Below, piece after piece: positions 1-9,492 of a stretch of 35,963 nt of DNA. The notes beneath the pieces are model-generated. The model ran no database searches. It saw nothing but the letters and a program-made list of their open reading frames with translations, and was not told the DNA's origin. The stretch comes from Candidatus Iainarchaeum sp. (GTDB lineage: Archaea; Iainarchaeota; Iainarchaeia; Iainarchaeales; JAFGBZ01), in NCBI GenBank assembly GCA_016932875.1, contig JAFGBZ010000008.1:1-35963 (forward strand), in the 5' to 3' direction. The first letter of the stretch is position 1; each line of letters opens with the position of its first letter. Made by a program: the position numbers and the translations under genes.

Positions 1-30
1 AACTCAACAACAAATTAATTAAGGGAAGAG

Positions 31-3000
31 ATGGGTTTGAAAATTAATTTTAATTTAAAGTATGCTGTGCTATTTATTTCAATTTTTTTAATTCTTCCTT
101 TTTGTTCTGCACTGACTTTCACTGATTCAAGCAATGCTTCTTATTTCAGTGAAGGAACTGTTTCTAATACAACTGCAGGTGCAACTGATGTAAATCTTGC
201 ATTAACAGGCGGAGCATATTATTCTAACGGAACATTTACTTCAAAAGTGTTTGATTCAGACACTCCAGGAACAATTTGGAATAGTATTGTTTTTGATGAA
301 AGAAATCGTTCAAAAGAACCGTTGCCTAATTCAGCAGGAAGCGATTATGAAATTTCAATGGCTAACAATAAACTTTTGTATCATATGGATTTTTCAGAAG
401 GCGAATGTTCTGATTCATCAGGAACAAGAAATGATGGAGCAGTTTATGGCGCAGAAGTTACTTCTGATTGCATTCTTGGAAGCAATGCATATACTTTTGA
501 TGGAAGAGATTATGTCTGCAAATTAGCCCCTGCAGAGTTAACAACCAGCGCATTTACAATTTCTGCTTGGATTAAAACAAGTTCTACTTCTGCAACACAA
601 ACAATTTTCAGTTTAAGTTCAGTTGAAGGATGCACTGATGAGATTTGGCTGTTTCCTGTAACTTATTTGAATTTTTATATCAGCACAATAAAAGGAACAA
701 GAAAATTAGGTTTTGCAACCGGTGCTGATGCAGGAACAGTATCTACTGGAACTTTTGGAACAGGATGGACTCATGTCGCAGTAACTTATAATTCAATTAG
801 TTCAAAATTGAGTTATTACATTAATGGAAGCCCTGCAGGAAACTTTGCAATTTTAGTAGGAAATCCTTCAGCAAATGCTTCTGTTGGAGCATTAAATTCA
901 AATGGAAACTTTACAAATTTTTTTGAAGGAAACATAGATGAATTAACTTATTTTACCAGAATTTTAACTCCTACTGAAATTTTAAATCATTATAAGCGCG
1001 GGATAATGGATTTGAATTTGCAGGTGCAATCATGTGCTTTAAGTGATTGTTCTGATTCCCCTGCTTTTTTAGGCCCTGACGGAACTGCTTCAACTTATTT
1101 CACTGATTCAAATGTAAGCACATGGGATTTAAATGCATTTGATGCAAACAGGTACTTCCAATATAAAGCTTTTTTCAGAACTGATGACACTAATGTATTA
1201 AAAGAAACAACTCCTTTTTTACAGGAAGTAAGAATTGATTACAGTAAAGGAAATTCAATTACTCCTGGAGATGTAAATATTTCCTGGCCTGTTTCAGGAA
1301 CATATATTTCAGGAAAGCATTCAATTGATTTTAATGCAGCACATTCAGAAGAACTGGAAACAATTGTTTCAATTTGGCTTTCACAAAATCCCGGAGATTT
1401 AAATTATCCTTTGGTTTCAGATTTAAATTTAGTTGGAAAAAATTATTGTTTTGATGCTGATGCAAACTGGATTACACCTAATAACTGTAAATTCATTGAC
1501 ACTTTATTTAATGGAATTGATTTGAATATTGATACTTCTTTATTTCCTGACGGAAATTATGTTGTTGACATTAATGCAGTAACACAATATGATTACAATT
1601 ATTTTACTTCAAGCGAAAGCTTTATGATTGATAACACTGCTCCAAGCACTGCATTAATTGAAATAAATTCAGGAGCTGAAACAACAACTAATCCAATAGT
1701 TCAATTAGAATTAAGCTGTTCAGATGCTGCAAGTGGATGCAGTGAAATGCAGTTCAGCTGTTCGAATAATGCTGAATGGGTAAATGATTTTAATTTAGGA
1801 ACTGGGCAAGGCGGTGCAATAGGAATTTTTGTCGGAGACCCAGATAATGATTCAGAAAACGAAATAATAAGCGCAAATCAAAATTTGAATACAATAAGCA
1901 TATTCAACTGGAATGGAAGCACATGGACAAACGACTTTAATTTAATTACACAAGAAATGCCTCAAGATTTATTTATTGAAGATTCAGATAATGATGGAGA
2001 AAATGAATTATTAGTAACAAATTATGATTCTAATTCAATAAGTTTATACAATTGGAATGGAAGCAACTACATAAACGACTATAATATAGTAACTCAAGGA
2101 AGCCCTACGGGTGTATTTGTTGGTGACGCAGACAATGATGGAGATAACGAAATAATTGTAGCAAACTTTGGATCTAACTCAGTCAGTATATATAATTGGG
2201 ATGAAGAAGCAATTGAAAACCAATATGTAAACGATTATAATTTAGCAACAAAAAACAATCCAATGCAAACATTTATTGAAGATGCAGATAATGATGGAGA
2301 AAATGAAATAATAGTAGTTAACTGGGCTGGCGACACAGTAGGAATATATAATTGGAATGGAAGCAACTACATAAACGACTATAATTTAAATAATTATAAT
2401 GGAGGTGTAAGACTTTTCGTTGGAGATGCAGATAATGATGGAGAAAATGAAATACTTACAGCTAATGCTGGTTCAGTTGGAGCAATAGTTATATATAATT
2501 GGAATGGAAGCACATGGATAAATGATTTTAATTTAAATGTTGAACAAGGAAGAAACGTATTTGTTGGCGATATAGATAATGATGGAGATAACGAAATTTT
2601 GGCAAAAAATGAAACATCTAATTTAATAAGCATATTTAGCTGGACTGAAGGCAACTACATAAATGACTATAATTTAACAACAGGAGCACCCACAACAATA
2701 TTTGTTGGCGATATAAATAATGATGGATTAAACAAAATTTTAATAGGAAATAATTCAATTACAAATCAAATAAGCATATTTAACTGGAACACTAACTTCA
2801 CTTCTTTGGAAAATTATTCTTCTTCAAAATCATTTAATTTAACTTCTCAATCTGGAGCTGACTGTAATTCAGATTATGGAGTTAAAACAGTTTATGTGAA
2901 ATATAAAGACAGGGCAGGAAATACTGTTATTGCAAGCGATTCAATTGAATATGTTGAATCTATTCCTGATTTGAATTTTATTTTTCCAACTGAAGAATAT

Positions 3001-6000
3001 ATTAAAGGAGAAACCCATTCAATTGATTTTAATGTAAGAATTGAAGATAATTATGATTTAAATGCAAGTATTTATTATATTGCTGCAAGCATCCCTCAAC
3101 AAACTTATACGTTATATAAAGATGTAAATCTTGATTCAACTTATTATTGTGTTGATTTAGATAATGATAATTCAACTGTAAATACATGCAGTTTTATTGA
3201 TACTAAATGGAATGGAATTGATTTAAATGTTGATTTCAATTCATTCATTGCAAACCCAACTACCTCAAATTATATTCAAATTGATATTAATGCTTCAAAT
3301 GGTTCAAATGCAACATTTACAAGCAATACTTTTGCAATAGATAAAAGTCCGCCAAGAAATTCAACTATTTCAATTAATTCAGGAAATAGTGTAACTACTT
3401 CAACTGATTTAAATTTAAGTTTAAATTATCGCGATATGACTTTACCAGATAGCGGTTATAATGAAATGAGTTTTTCTTGTGATAATAATGCAGGTTGGAG
3501 CGATGAAATTGAATTAAAGGATTCAATTAAGGTGTCTGCCAGCCCTAAATCTGTTGATTTAGATAATGATGGAGATAATGATTTAGTTGCGCTTTCAACA
3601 ACGAGTCATGCAGTATATATTTATATTTGGAATGAAGTTACTGAAAGTTTTAATGATGCAATAATTTTACCAATAGAAACAATTGATTCAACTTTTTCTT
3701 TAGAAGTAGGTGATGTTGATAATGATGGTTATAAAGATATTGCTGTTGTCGGACGCGGAGTTCCGGGATGGGTTTACATAGTTAAAGGCCCTACTTGGAA
3801 ATCATTTGAAACAATTATTGGTTTAGGCAAACAACCAAGCAGTATTGCAATAGGAGATATAGATAACGATGGAGATAATGACATGATTACTTCTAATTAT
3901 GGAGATAACACAATGGATTTCTTTCAATGGAACGGAAATAACTGGGATGTAAGCTCTGTTCCTGCAACAAGTATTCCTTATGAAGTTGTTATTGCTGATG
4001 CAGATAATGATGGAAGAAATGAAATTCTTTTAGCTCAAGGTTATTGGGATGGAAGTGTTTTAATCAAAAGATGGAATGGTTCAGGATTTGATACAGTTAA
4101 AACACTTACAACAGATCAGTATACACATTATGTAACTGTAGGCGATGCAGATAACGATGGAGACAATGATGTAATAGCTGTTTCAAGCTTTTATAAACCT
4201 GAAACACTGCAAATGTTTGACTGGAATGGAGAAGACTGGGGCGCAGTTCAGAAAATAGGATTTACTGATTCTGCTCAAATACGTTTTGCATTTGTTTTTG
4301 ATGCAGATAATGATTTAAATAACGAAATTCTTTTAGCAAACCGTTCTGATACAAATGATTATTATTATATTTTGGACTGGAATGGAAACGGATTTAATAT
4401 TACTGAACAAATTTCAGCATCAAATGGTTCACAGCATGTTTTTTCAGGAGACATAAATAATGATGGATACAATGATTTAGTTGCATCAATTCAAGCTTCA
4501 AATACACTTTCATTAAGATACTGGGATTCAGGTTATACTGAATGGGAAGCTTACAATAGTTCAAAATTATTTGATTTAGCTGATTATGAAAATGTAGGCT
4601 GTTCAACAGGATATGGGACTAAAACAATTTATGTTAAATATAGTGATTTAGTTGGAAATGAATTTATTACAAGCGATTCAATTGAATTAGTTGAAGGAAT
4701 TGATGTTAATATTATTTCACCTGTTTCAGGAGATTACTGGAGCAATCATCATTCAATTGATTTCAATGTAAAAGCAGGAGAATATGATTTAAACGCATCA
4801 ATTTATTTAATTGAATCATTTCCTTATATTGGAAGTCCTTTAGTTTTATACAAAGATGTTAATTTAGATTCAACTGCTTACTGCATTGATTTAGATAATA
4901 ATAATGCAACAACTAACACTTGTTCATTTAAAAACACTATTTTTGATGGAATTGATTTGAATATTGATACTGTATTATATGCAGACAATAATTATACAAT
5001 ACAAGTAGATATTAATTCTTCAAGTGGAGCAAGCAGTACAGAAACAAGTTCAAGTTTTATGATTGATAACACTATTCCGGAAACAGCAAATCTAGCTTTC
5101 ACAAGTGAGTATAATCCTAATGTAATAACTACTTCAGTTCTTCCTCTTGCATTAAATTGTTCTGATTCAGGAAGCAATTGCAGTGAAATGCAGTTTTCTT
5201 GTTCAAATAATTCTGCACTTGAAAAAACAATGGATGCAATCATTGATTATTCTGATGAATCAAATGATGGATGCAATTACTTTTCTCTGTTTGCTGATAA
5301 TGTGGATGAGGATGAAGAAAAAGAAATTATTGTAGGTTATTACTGTGAAAGATATGATGGTTCGCCTTACTCTTATATAAGAATTTACAATAATTATGGC
5401 TCTGGCTGGGTTAATGATTTTAATGCAGAATTAGGAGAAGATTATGCATTAAGTACAATCAAAAAAATATTTGTAAGCGATTCAGATAATGATGGAAGAA
5501 ATGACATAACTGTTTCTTCTGTTGATGATGAAAGAATTCTTGTATTCCAATGGAATTCATTAGAAGAAGCATATGTGATTGTACAAGATTACACTTCCTC
5601 ATTTACTGAAAGTATAACATATGAAATATTCATTGATGATGCAGATAATGAAGGAACAAATGATATACTTTATAACCCAGGAGACATTCTTCCATGGTTT
5701 AATGGAAACTGGGGTTATGGACCAAGCGGTTCTTGGCTTGGAGGATATACCCTAGGAGGCGAAGCCGATCTCACAAACGGATATATTGCTGATGCAGATA
5801 ATGATGGAAGAAATGAAGTATTATTCATGCATACTATAGATGAAGTACCTCATTCTATTGATTTATATGAATGGGATGATAATGAATGGATTGCAGAACA
5901 CAGAATTGAAATTGATCAAGCGTTTGAAGCAAGCGCAATGGATGTAATTGTTGCTGATGCTGATAATGATTCAAAAAATGAAATAATTGTTTTAAGTTCT

Positions 6001-9000
6001 CTGGAAGGAAAAACAATCAGATTGTTTGAATGGAATGGAAGCACTTGGGAAAATGATTACAATATTAATGGTTTTGAAATTACTGAAGGAGAATTGTTTG
6101 TTGCAGATATTGATAATGATTCAAATAATGATATTCTTGTAATGAATATTGATTTAAAAAAAATAATTGTTTATTCATGGAAAGGAAGCACTTGGGAAAA
6201 TGATTTTAATATAAGCACAAACAAAAGATTACGAAGTTTTTTTGTTTCTGATTTAAATAATGATGGATTAAATGATTTGATTTTCCTGACTGCTGAAGAA
6301 GGTTCAATTGTTGATATCAATTTATCAGTTTATAATTGGAATGATTCTTTCACTTCATGGGAAAATTATTCAACTGAAAAATCATTTGATTTAAGTGCAA
6401 ACTCTGCAGTTGACTGCAATTCAGAGTATGGAACCAAAACTCTTTACACTAAATTTAAAGATAGAGCAGGAAATACAAGGATTGCAGAAAAAGAATTTAT
6501 TTATGCAAGCCAGCCAGTAATTACAGTTAATTATCCTAAAAGCACTTATATTTCAACAATAAATAATTCTGTTGTTGATATTAATTTCACTGTAACTGAT
6601 CCTTATTATGTGACTTCAACTTATCTTGCAAAAAAATATTATTCTGAAACAAAGGGAGCAAAAGAAAATTATTTAGGAGATACTGTTCTTACAAGAGAAG
6701 CAGAAAATACAAATCATTCAGTTGAATGGGATATAAGCAGTATTGCTGATGGAAATTATTATGTTGATTTGAATTTAAATAAAGCAATTGACAGCAGTTA
6801 TTTATATGATTTTAATTCAACTGATACTTCTGTTTACTTTGATGGAACTCGTCCAATAAGTTCAAGTGATGCAAATTCAGGCTGGCAGAAAACTGATTTC
6901 AATTTAGGAATTAGTGTTATTGAAGATTCAAATAATTATGCTTTAAAATACAGAATTGATTTAGATGCAACTGAAGCAATAAGCTGGAGTTCATGGATGG
7001 ATTATGAAGCAACAGGAATTGATTTCCAAAGCGATGGAAATTATGCAATTGATTTTAATGCAACTGATGCTGCAGGTAACAGCGAAAATGCTTCAGCAAT
7101 TCCTAACAGAGCATATATATTAGTTGATAAAACAACTCCAAATAGTTCAAGTGATGCAAATTCAGGCTGGCAGAATACTGATGCAAATGTGAGTTTAACT
7201 TGCAGTGATGTTAATGATTTAGCTGATTATAGTGACTGCAATTATGTTAAATACCAGCTAGATAATGATTCAAGCAATGATGTAAATTACAGTTCTGTAA
7301 TGGACTGGAATGGAGAAGGAATTCAAATAACTGAAGATGGAAATTGGGCGATAAAATACTGGGCAGTAGATAATGCAGGAAATGAAGAAACAGATCCAAT
7401 TGATTATGTTTTAATCGCTAGCGGAAGCCCTGTAGTCAATATTACTAATCCAACAGATGGCGCTTCTTATACTTCAGGAACTTCAAGTGTTACAGTAACC
7501 TATGAAGGAACTCCTGCAGGAAATCCAATAGATTATTATGAAGTGAGAATTAATTCAGGTTCATGGATTAATAATGGAACAAATTCAAGTTATGAATTCA
7601 CTGAATTAACTACTGGAACAAGTTATACTGTTGAAGTAAAAGTTGTTGATACTGCATTAAATGAAGGAACTGATTCAGTTTCATTTAGCATTGAAAATAC
7701 AGGAGGAACTTCAACTCAAACTTGTGCTGAATTAGGTGGAATTGAATGCATCCCAGGAAATCAAACATGTATTGGGCCTTTACTGTGCTGTGAATGGGTT
7801 TGCACTGGATATATTGGAGGCGCAAGCGATACTGCTAATTGTTATGCTTCAAGTGAATGTAATTCAATTCAGACTCTTGAAAAAGATTTAAGCATCGGAT
7901 TTTTTATCACAAACATAGATAATCCTGGTTCACAACATTTTGTTGAAGGAAACAGAATATTGTTCAGCATTATTGCAATAAATTCAGGTTCAGAAAATAT
8001 CACTACTCCGTTTACAGTAAAATTATGGGATGAATTTAATTCAGTTGAAATGACTTCAGAAACAATTAATTCGCTTAATTCAGGAGAGCAAAGAAATATT
8101 TCATTTGAATTTGTTTATAGTTCAAAGAATACCAAAATGAGTAAATGGAATGAAAAAGAAGTTTTATTTACTGCAATAGTTGATGCAGATGAAGAAATAA
8201 TTGAAGTAAATGAATTAAATAATGAATCAACTGCTACTGCAAGATTTGGATTGCTTTCAAATTTAACTTTTTCAGCAATGCCTGTACTGCTTGCAGGAAG
8301 CGATGTAGTAAGCACTCCATTCACAATTATTAATAAGGATGCTGAAATAACAACTCCTTTCAAAATAGGGGTTTCAGTTAATAATATTGGAGAAAATATG
8401 ACTTATTATACAGTTAATTCAATGGGTAAAAACAGCACATTACAGTTTAATTACAATTATACTTTTTCAACAGGGCAAGGAGAAATAACTCCTAAAACAG
8501 GAATTAAAACAATTATTCTTGAAGAAGAAAAAGAAAATACTGCATTATTTGCAGGAGATCCAGGAGAAACAATTTTCTTTTTTGGAATAGATTATGAAAA
8601 TATAATTGTTGAATCAAATGAAGGAGATAATAATTCCTTGCTTATTTATCAGGAAGCGCTTCCTGATTTAGAATTTGAGCCAGAAACAGATAACACAATA
8701 ACAGGAATTATAAATCAAGAAATAATTCTTTCAGGGAATATTAATAATATTGGTTCAAAAGAAAGCGGAAGCTTTAACACAAGAGTTTATTTAAGTTCAG
8801 AAAATATGCCTGAAGAAAAAATAATTGAGCTTTCATCAATCGGAATTAATGCAAGAAACAGTGTTGCAGTTGAATTTGAACTTTCTGAATTTGATTATGC
8901 AGGAAATTATTTTGCAAGAATAGTTATTGATGAAGATGAAGAAGTAACTGAACTGGATGAAACAAATAACCAATATATTTTCAATATGCAAATTATTGAT

Positions 9001-9492
9001 GAAAACAGTCTTTACTCTTATGATGAATTTATTAATAATGAATATCTTTGGGCTACTGTGGCAGAAACAGTAAATAAAAATTCAAGAGAATATGAATTTG
9101 AAGCAGATTTAAATCCAATAAACATTGAAGAATTAACTTTAGATAATCGCTGGGGAGAAAACATTGCATATATATTTAAATTACAGGAAATGCAGTCTGA
9201 AAATAAAGGCGCATTTATCCTTGAAGCAAGCGAAACAAATATGGATTATTATTCAAGCTATGATTCAGAAATAATTGATGAAAGCACAAACTGTTACAGT
9301 TATATGCCTGAAAGTTATGAAATGGGTGCAGATACATTTGTACGCTGGTTTAATGGGCAATATTATCCTACTACAAATGAACCAAGCTTCCTTTCATTAA
9401 TGCATTATTACAGAATTAATTCAATTTCATTTAATTTCCTTCAGGTTGGACATAGATTTAATGAAGGATACTGCGAATATGGAGGCGCTTAA
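31..9492 (+). CDS. Giant secreted multidomain surface/adhesin-like protein (3153 aa)
   Basis: Uninterrupted 9.46-kb ORF in a stop-rich AT-rich background. ATG at 31 follows purine-rich GGGAAGAG. N-terminal hydrophobic signal/anchor (AVLFISIFLILPFCSA). LamG/concanavalin-type lectin signature (AYTFDGRDYV..FTISAWIK..WTHVAVTY..FEGNIDELTYF, nt ~343-1002). Three FG-GAP/VCBS propellers. Two Ig-like repeats starting SSSDANSGWQ (~6850-7420). FN3-like segment (~7423-7705). Cys-rich segment (~7720-7865). CARDB-like domains ending in motifs such as EVNELNNES, ESNEGDNNS and ELDETNNQY (~7886-9000). Orphan C-terminal ~165 aa. No C-terminal TM helix. Confidence 0.9.
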   Translation: MGLKINFNLKYAVLFISIFLILPFCSALTFTDSSNASYFSEGTVSNTTAGATDVNLALTGGAYYSNGTFTSKVFDSDTPGTIWNSIVFDERNRSKEPLPNSAGSDYEISMANNKLLYHMDFSEGECSDSSGTRNDGAVYGAEVTSDCILGSNAYTFDGRDYVCKLAPAELTTSAFTISAWIKTSSTSATQTIFSLSSVEGCTDEIWLFPVTYLNFYISTIKGTRKLGFATGADAGTVSTGTFGTGWTHVAVTYNSISSKLSYYINGSPAGNFAILVGNPSANASVGALNSNGNFTNFFEGNIDELTYFTRILTPTEILNHYKRGIMDLNLQVQSCALSDCSDSPAFLGPDGTASTYFTDSNVSTWDLNAFDANRYFQYKAFFRTDDTNVLKETTPFLQEVRIDYSKGNSITPGDVNISWPVSGTYISGKHSIDFNAAHSEELETIVSIWLSQNPGDLNYPLVSDLNLVGKNYCFDADANWITPNNCKFIDTLFNGIDLNIDTSLFPDGNYVVDINAVTQYDYNYFTSSESFMIDNTAPSTALIEINSGAETTTNPIVQLELSCSDAASGCSEMQFSCSNNAEWVNDFNLGTGQGGAIGIFVGDPDNDSENEIISANQNLNTISIFNWNGSTWTNDFNLITQEMPQDLFIEDSDNDGENELLVTNYDSNSISLYNWNGSNYINDYNIVTQGSPTGVFVGDADNDGDNEIIVANFGSNSVSIYNWDEEAIENQYVNDYNLATKNNPMQTFIEDADNDGENEIIVVNWAGDTVGIYNWNGSNYINDYNLNNYNGGVRLFVGDADNDGENEILTANAGSVGAIVIYNWNGSTWINDFNLNVEQGRNVFVGDIDNDGDNEILAKNETSNLISIFSWTEGNYINDYNLTTGAPTTIFVGDINNDGLNKILIGNNSITNQISIFNWNTNFTSLENYSSSKSFNLTSQSGADCNSDYGVKTVYVKYKDRAGNTVIASDSIEYVESIPDLNFIFPTEEYIKGETHSIDFNVRIEDNYDLNASIYYIAASIPQQTYTLYKDVNLDSTYYCVDLDNDNSTVNTCSFIDTKWNGIDLNVDFNSFIANPTTSNYIQIDINASNGSNATFTSNTFAIDKSPPRNSTISINSGNSVTTSTDLNLSLNYRDMTLPDSGYNEMSFSCDNNAGWSDEIELKDSIKVSASPKSVDLDNDGDNDLVALSTTSHAVYIYIWNEVTESFNDAIILPIETIDSTFSLEVGDVDNDGYKDIAVVGRGVPGWVYIVKGPTWKSFETIIGLGKQPSSIAIGDIDNDGDNDMITSNYGDNTMDFFQWNGNNWDVSSVPATSIPYEVVIADADNDGRNEILLAQGYWDGSVLIKRWNGSGFDTVKTLTTDQYTHYVTVGDADNDGDNDVIAVSSFYKPETLQMFDWNGEDWGAVQKIGFTDSAQIRFAFVFDADNDLNNEILLANRSDTNDYYYILDWNGNGFNITEQISASNGSQHVFSGDINNDGYNDLVASIQASNTLSLRYWDSGYTEWEAYNSSKLFDLADYENVGCSTGYGTKTIYVKYSDLVGNEFITSDSIELVEGIDVNIISPVSGDYWSNHHSIDFNVKAGEYDLNASIYLIESFPYIGSPLVLYKDVNLDSTAYCIDLDNNNATTNTCSFKNTIFDGIDLNIDTVLYADNNYTIQVDINSSSGASSTETSSSFMIDNTIPETANLAFTSEYNPNVITTSVLPLALNCSDSGSNCSEMQFSCSNNSALEKTMDAIIDYSDESNDGCNYFSLFADNVDEDEEKEIIVGYYCERYDGSPYSYIRIYNNYGSGWVNDFNAELGEDYALSTIKKIFVSDSDNDGRNDITVSSVDDERILVFQWNSLEEAYVIVQDYTSSFTESITYEIFIDDADNEGTNDILYNPGDILPWFNGNWGYGPSGSWLGGYTLGGEADLTNGYIADADNDGRNEVLFMHTIDEVPHSIDLYEWDDNEWIAEHRIEIDQAFEASAMDVIVADADNDSKNEIIVLSSLEGKTIRLFEWNGSTWENDYNINGFEITEGELFVADIDNDSNNDILVMNIDLKKIIVYSWKGSTWENDFNISTNKRLRSFFVSDLNNDGLNDLIFLTAEEGSIVDINLSVYNWNDSFTSWENYSTEKSFDLSANSAVDCNSEYGTKTLYTKFKDRAGNTRIAEKEFIYASQPVITVNYPKSTYISTINNSVVDINFTVTDPYYVTSTYLAKKYYSETKGAKENYLGDTVLTREAENTNHSVEWDISSIADGNYYVDLNLNKAIDSSYLYDFNSTDTSVYFDGTRPISSSDANSGWQKTDFNLGISVIEDSNNYALKYRIDLDATEAISWSSWMDYEATGIDFQSDGNYAIDFNATDAAGNSENASAIPNRAYILVDKTTPNSSSDANSGWQNTDANVSLTCSDVNDLADYSDCNYVKYQLDNDSSNDVNYSSVMDWNGEGIQITEDGNWAIKYWAVDNAGNEETDPIDYVLIASGSPVVNITNPTDGASYTSGTSSVTVTYEGTPAGNPIDYYEVRINSGSWINNGTNSSYEFTELTTGTSYTVEVKVVDTALNEGTDSVSFSIENTGGTSTQTCAELGGIECIPGNQTCIGPLLCCEWVCTGYIGGASDTANCYASSECNSIQTLEKDLSIGFFITNIDNPGSQHFVEGNRILFSIIAINSGSENITTPFTVKLWDEFNSVEMTSETINSLNSGEQRNISFEFVYSSKNTKMSKWNEKEVLFTAIVDADEEIIEVNELNNESTATARFGLLSNLTFSAMPVLLAGSDVVSTPFTIINKDAEITTPFKIGVSVNNIGENMTYYTVNSMGKNSTLQFNYNYTFSTGQGEITPKTGIKTIILEEEKENTALFAGDPGETIFFFGIDYENIIVESNEGDNNSLLIYQEALPDLEFEPETDNTITGIINQEIILSGNINNIGSKESGSFNTRVYLSSENMPEEKIIELSSIGINARNSVAVEFELSEFDYAGNYFARIVIDEDEEVTELDETNNQYIFNMQIIDENSLYSYDEFINNEYLWATVAETVNKNSREYEFEADLNPINIEELTLDNRWGENIAYIFKLQEMQSENKGAFILEASETNMDYYSSYDSEIIDESTNCYSYMPESYEMGADTFVRWFNGQYYPTTNEPSFLSLMHYYRINSISFNFLQVGHRFNEGYCEYGGA
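1783..2805 (+). repeat. FG-GAP/VCBS beta-propeller 1: seven ~48-aa blades
   Basis: Seven consecutive units of the form NDxNL..x..(F/I)(V/I)(G/E)DxDNDGxNE(I/L)..N...N.(I/V)S(I/L)(Y/F)NWNGS(T/N)(W/Y), counted directly from the translation. Confidence 0.8.
3532..4545 (+). repeat. FG-GAP/VCBS beta-propeller 2: seven blades
   Basis: Seven Asp-rich Ca-loop-like motifs at regular spacing: DLDNDGDND, GDVDNDGYKD, GDIDNDGDND, ADADNDGRNE, GDADNDGDND, FDADNDLNNE, GDINNDGYND. Each is followed by a W-containing strand such as WNGNNW, WNGSGF or WNGEDW. Confidence 0.75.
5281..6360 (+). repeat. FG-GAP/VCBS beta-propeller 3: seven blades, more divergent
   Basis: Seven motifs: ADNVDEDEEKE, SDSDNDGRND, DDADNEGTND, ADADNDGRNE, ADADNDSKNE, ADIDNDSNND, SDLNNDGLND. 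They have interspersed WNGSTWEND-type strands. Confidence 0.7.
9481..9485 (+). promoter_or_regulatory. Shine-Dalgarno-like GGAGG for the 941-aa ORF, inside the 3' end of the giant ORF
   Basis: GGAGG lies 7 nt upstream of ATG 9493. The giant ORF stop TAA (9490-9492) directly abuts that ATG, an arrangement typical of translational coupling. Confidence 0.6.

Larger units (their letters stand above)
1267..6513 (+). repeat. Three tandem intragenic super-modules (A 1267-2961, B 2962-4698, C 4699-6513)
   Basis: Each module has the same order: Ig-like region with HSIDFN and NGIDLN(I/V)D motifs, then (M/A)IDN(T/K)xP, then a Cys motif (CSDxxSGCSEMQFSCSNN or YNEMSFSCDNN), then a propeller, then YSS(S/E)KSF(N/D)L..DCNS(D/E)YG(V/T)KT(V/L)Y(V/T)K(Y/F)KDRAGN. 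Modules A and C also share nucleotide strings, for example ggaattgatttgaatattgatact at ~1513 and ~4949. Confidence 0.85.

Noticed and set aside
251-8363. Short ORFs within or antisense to the giant gene (251-526 +, 2394-2654 -, 4400-4606 -, 4992-5243 -, 8115-8363 -)
   Set aside because: All lie entirely inside the 9.46-kb ORF, which has strong motif support. They are 68-91 aa, low-complexity, and have no recognisable motifs or ribosome-binding sites.
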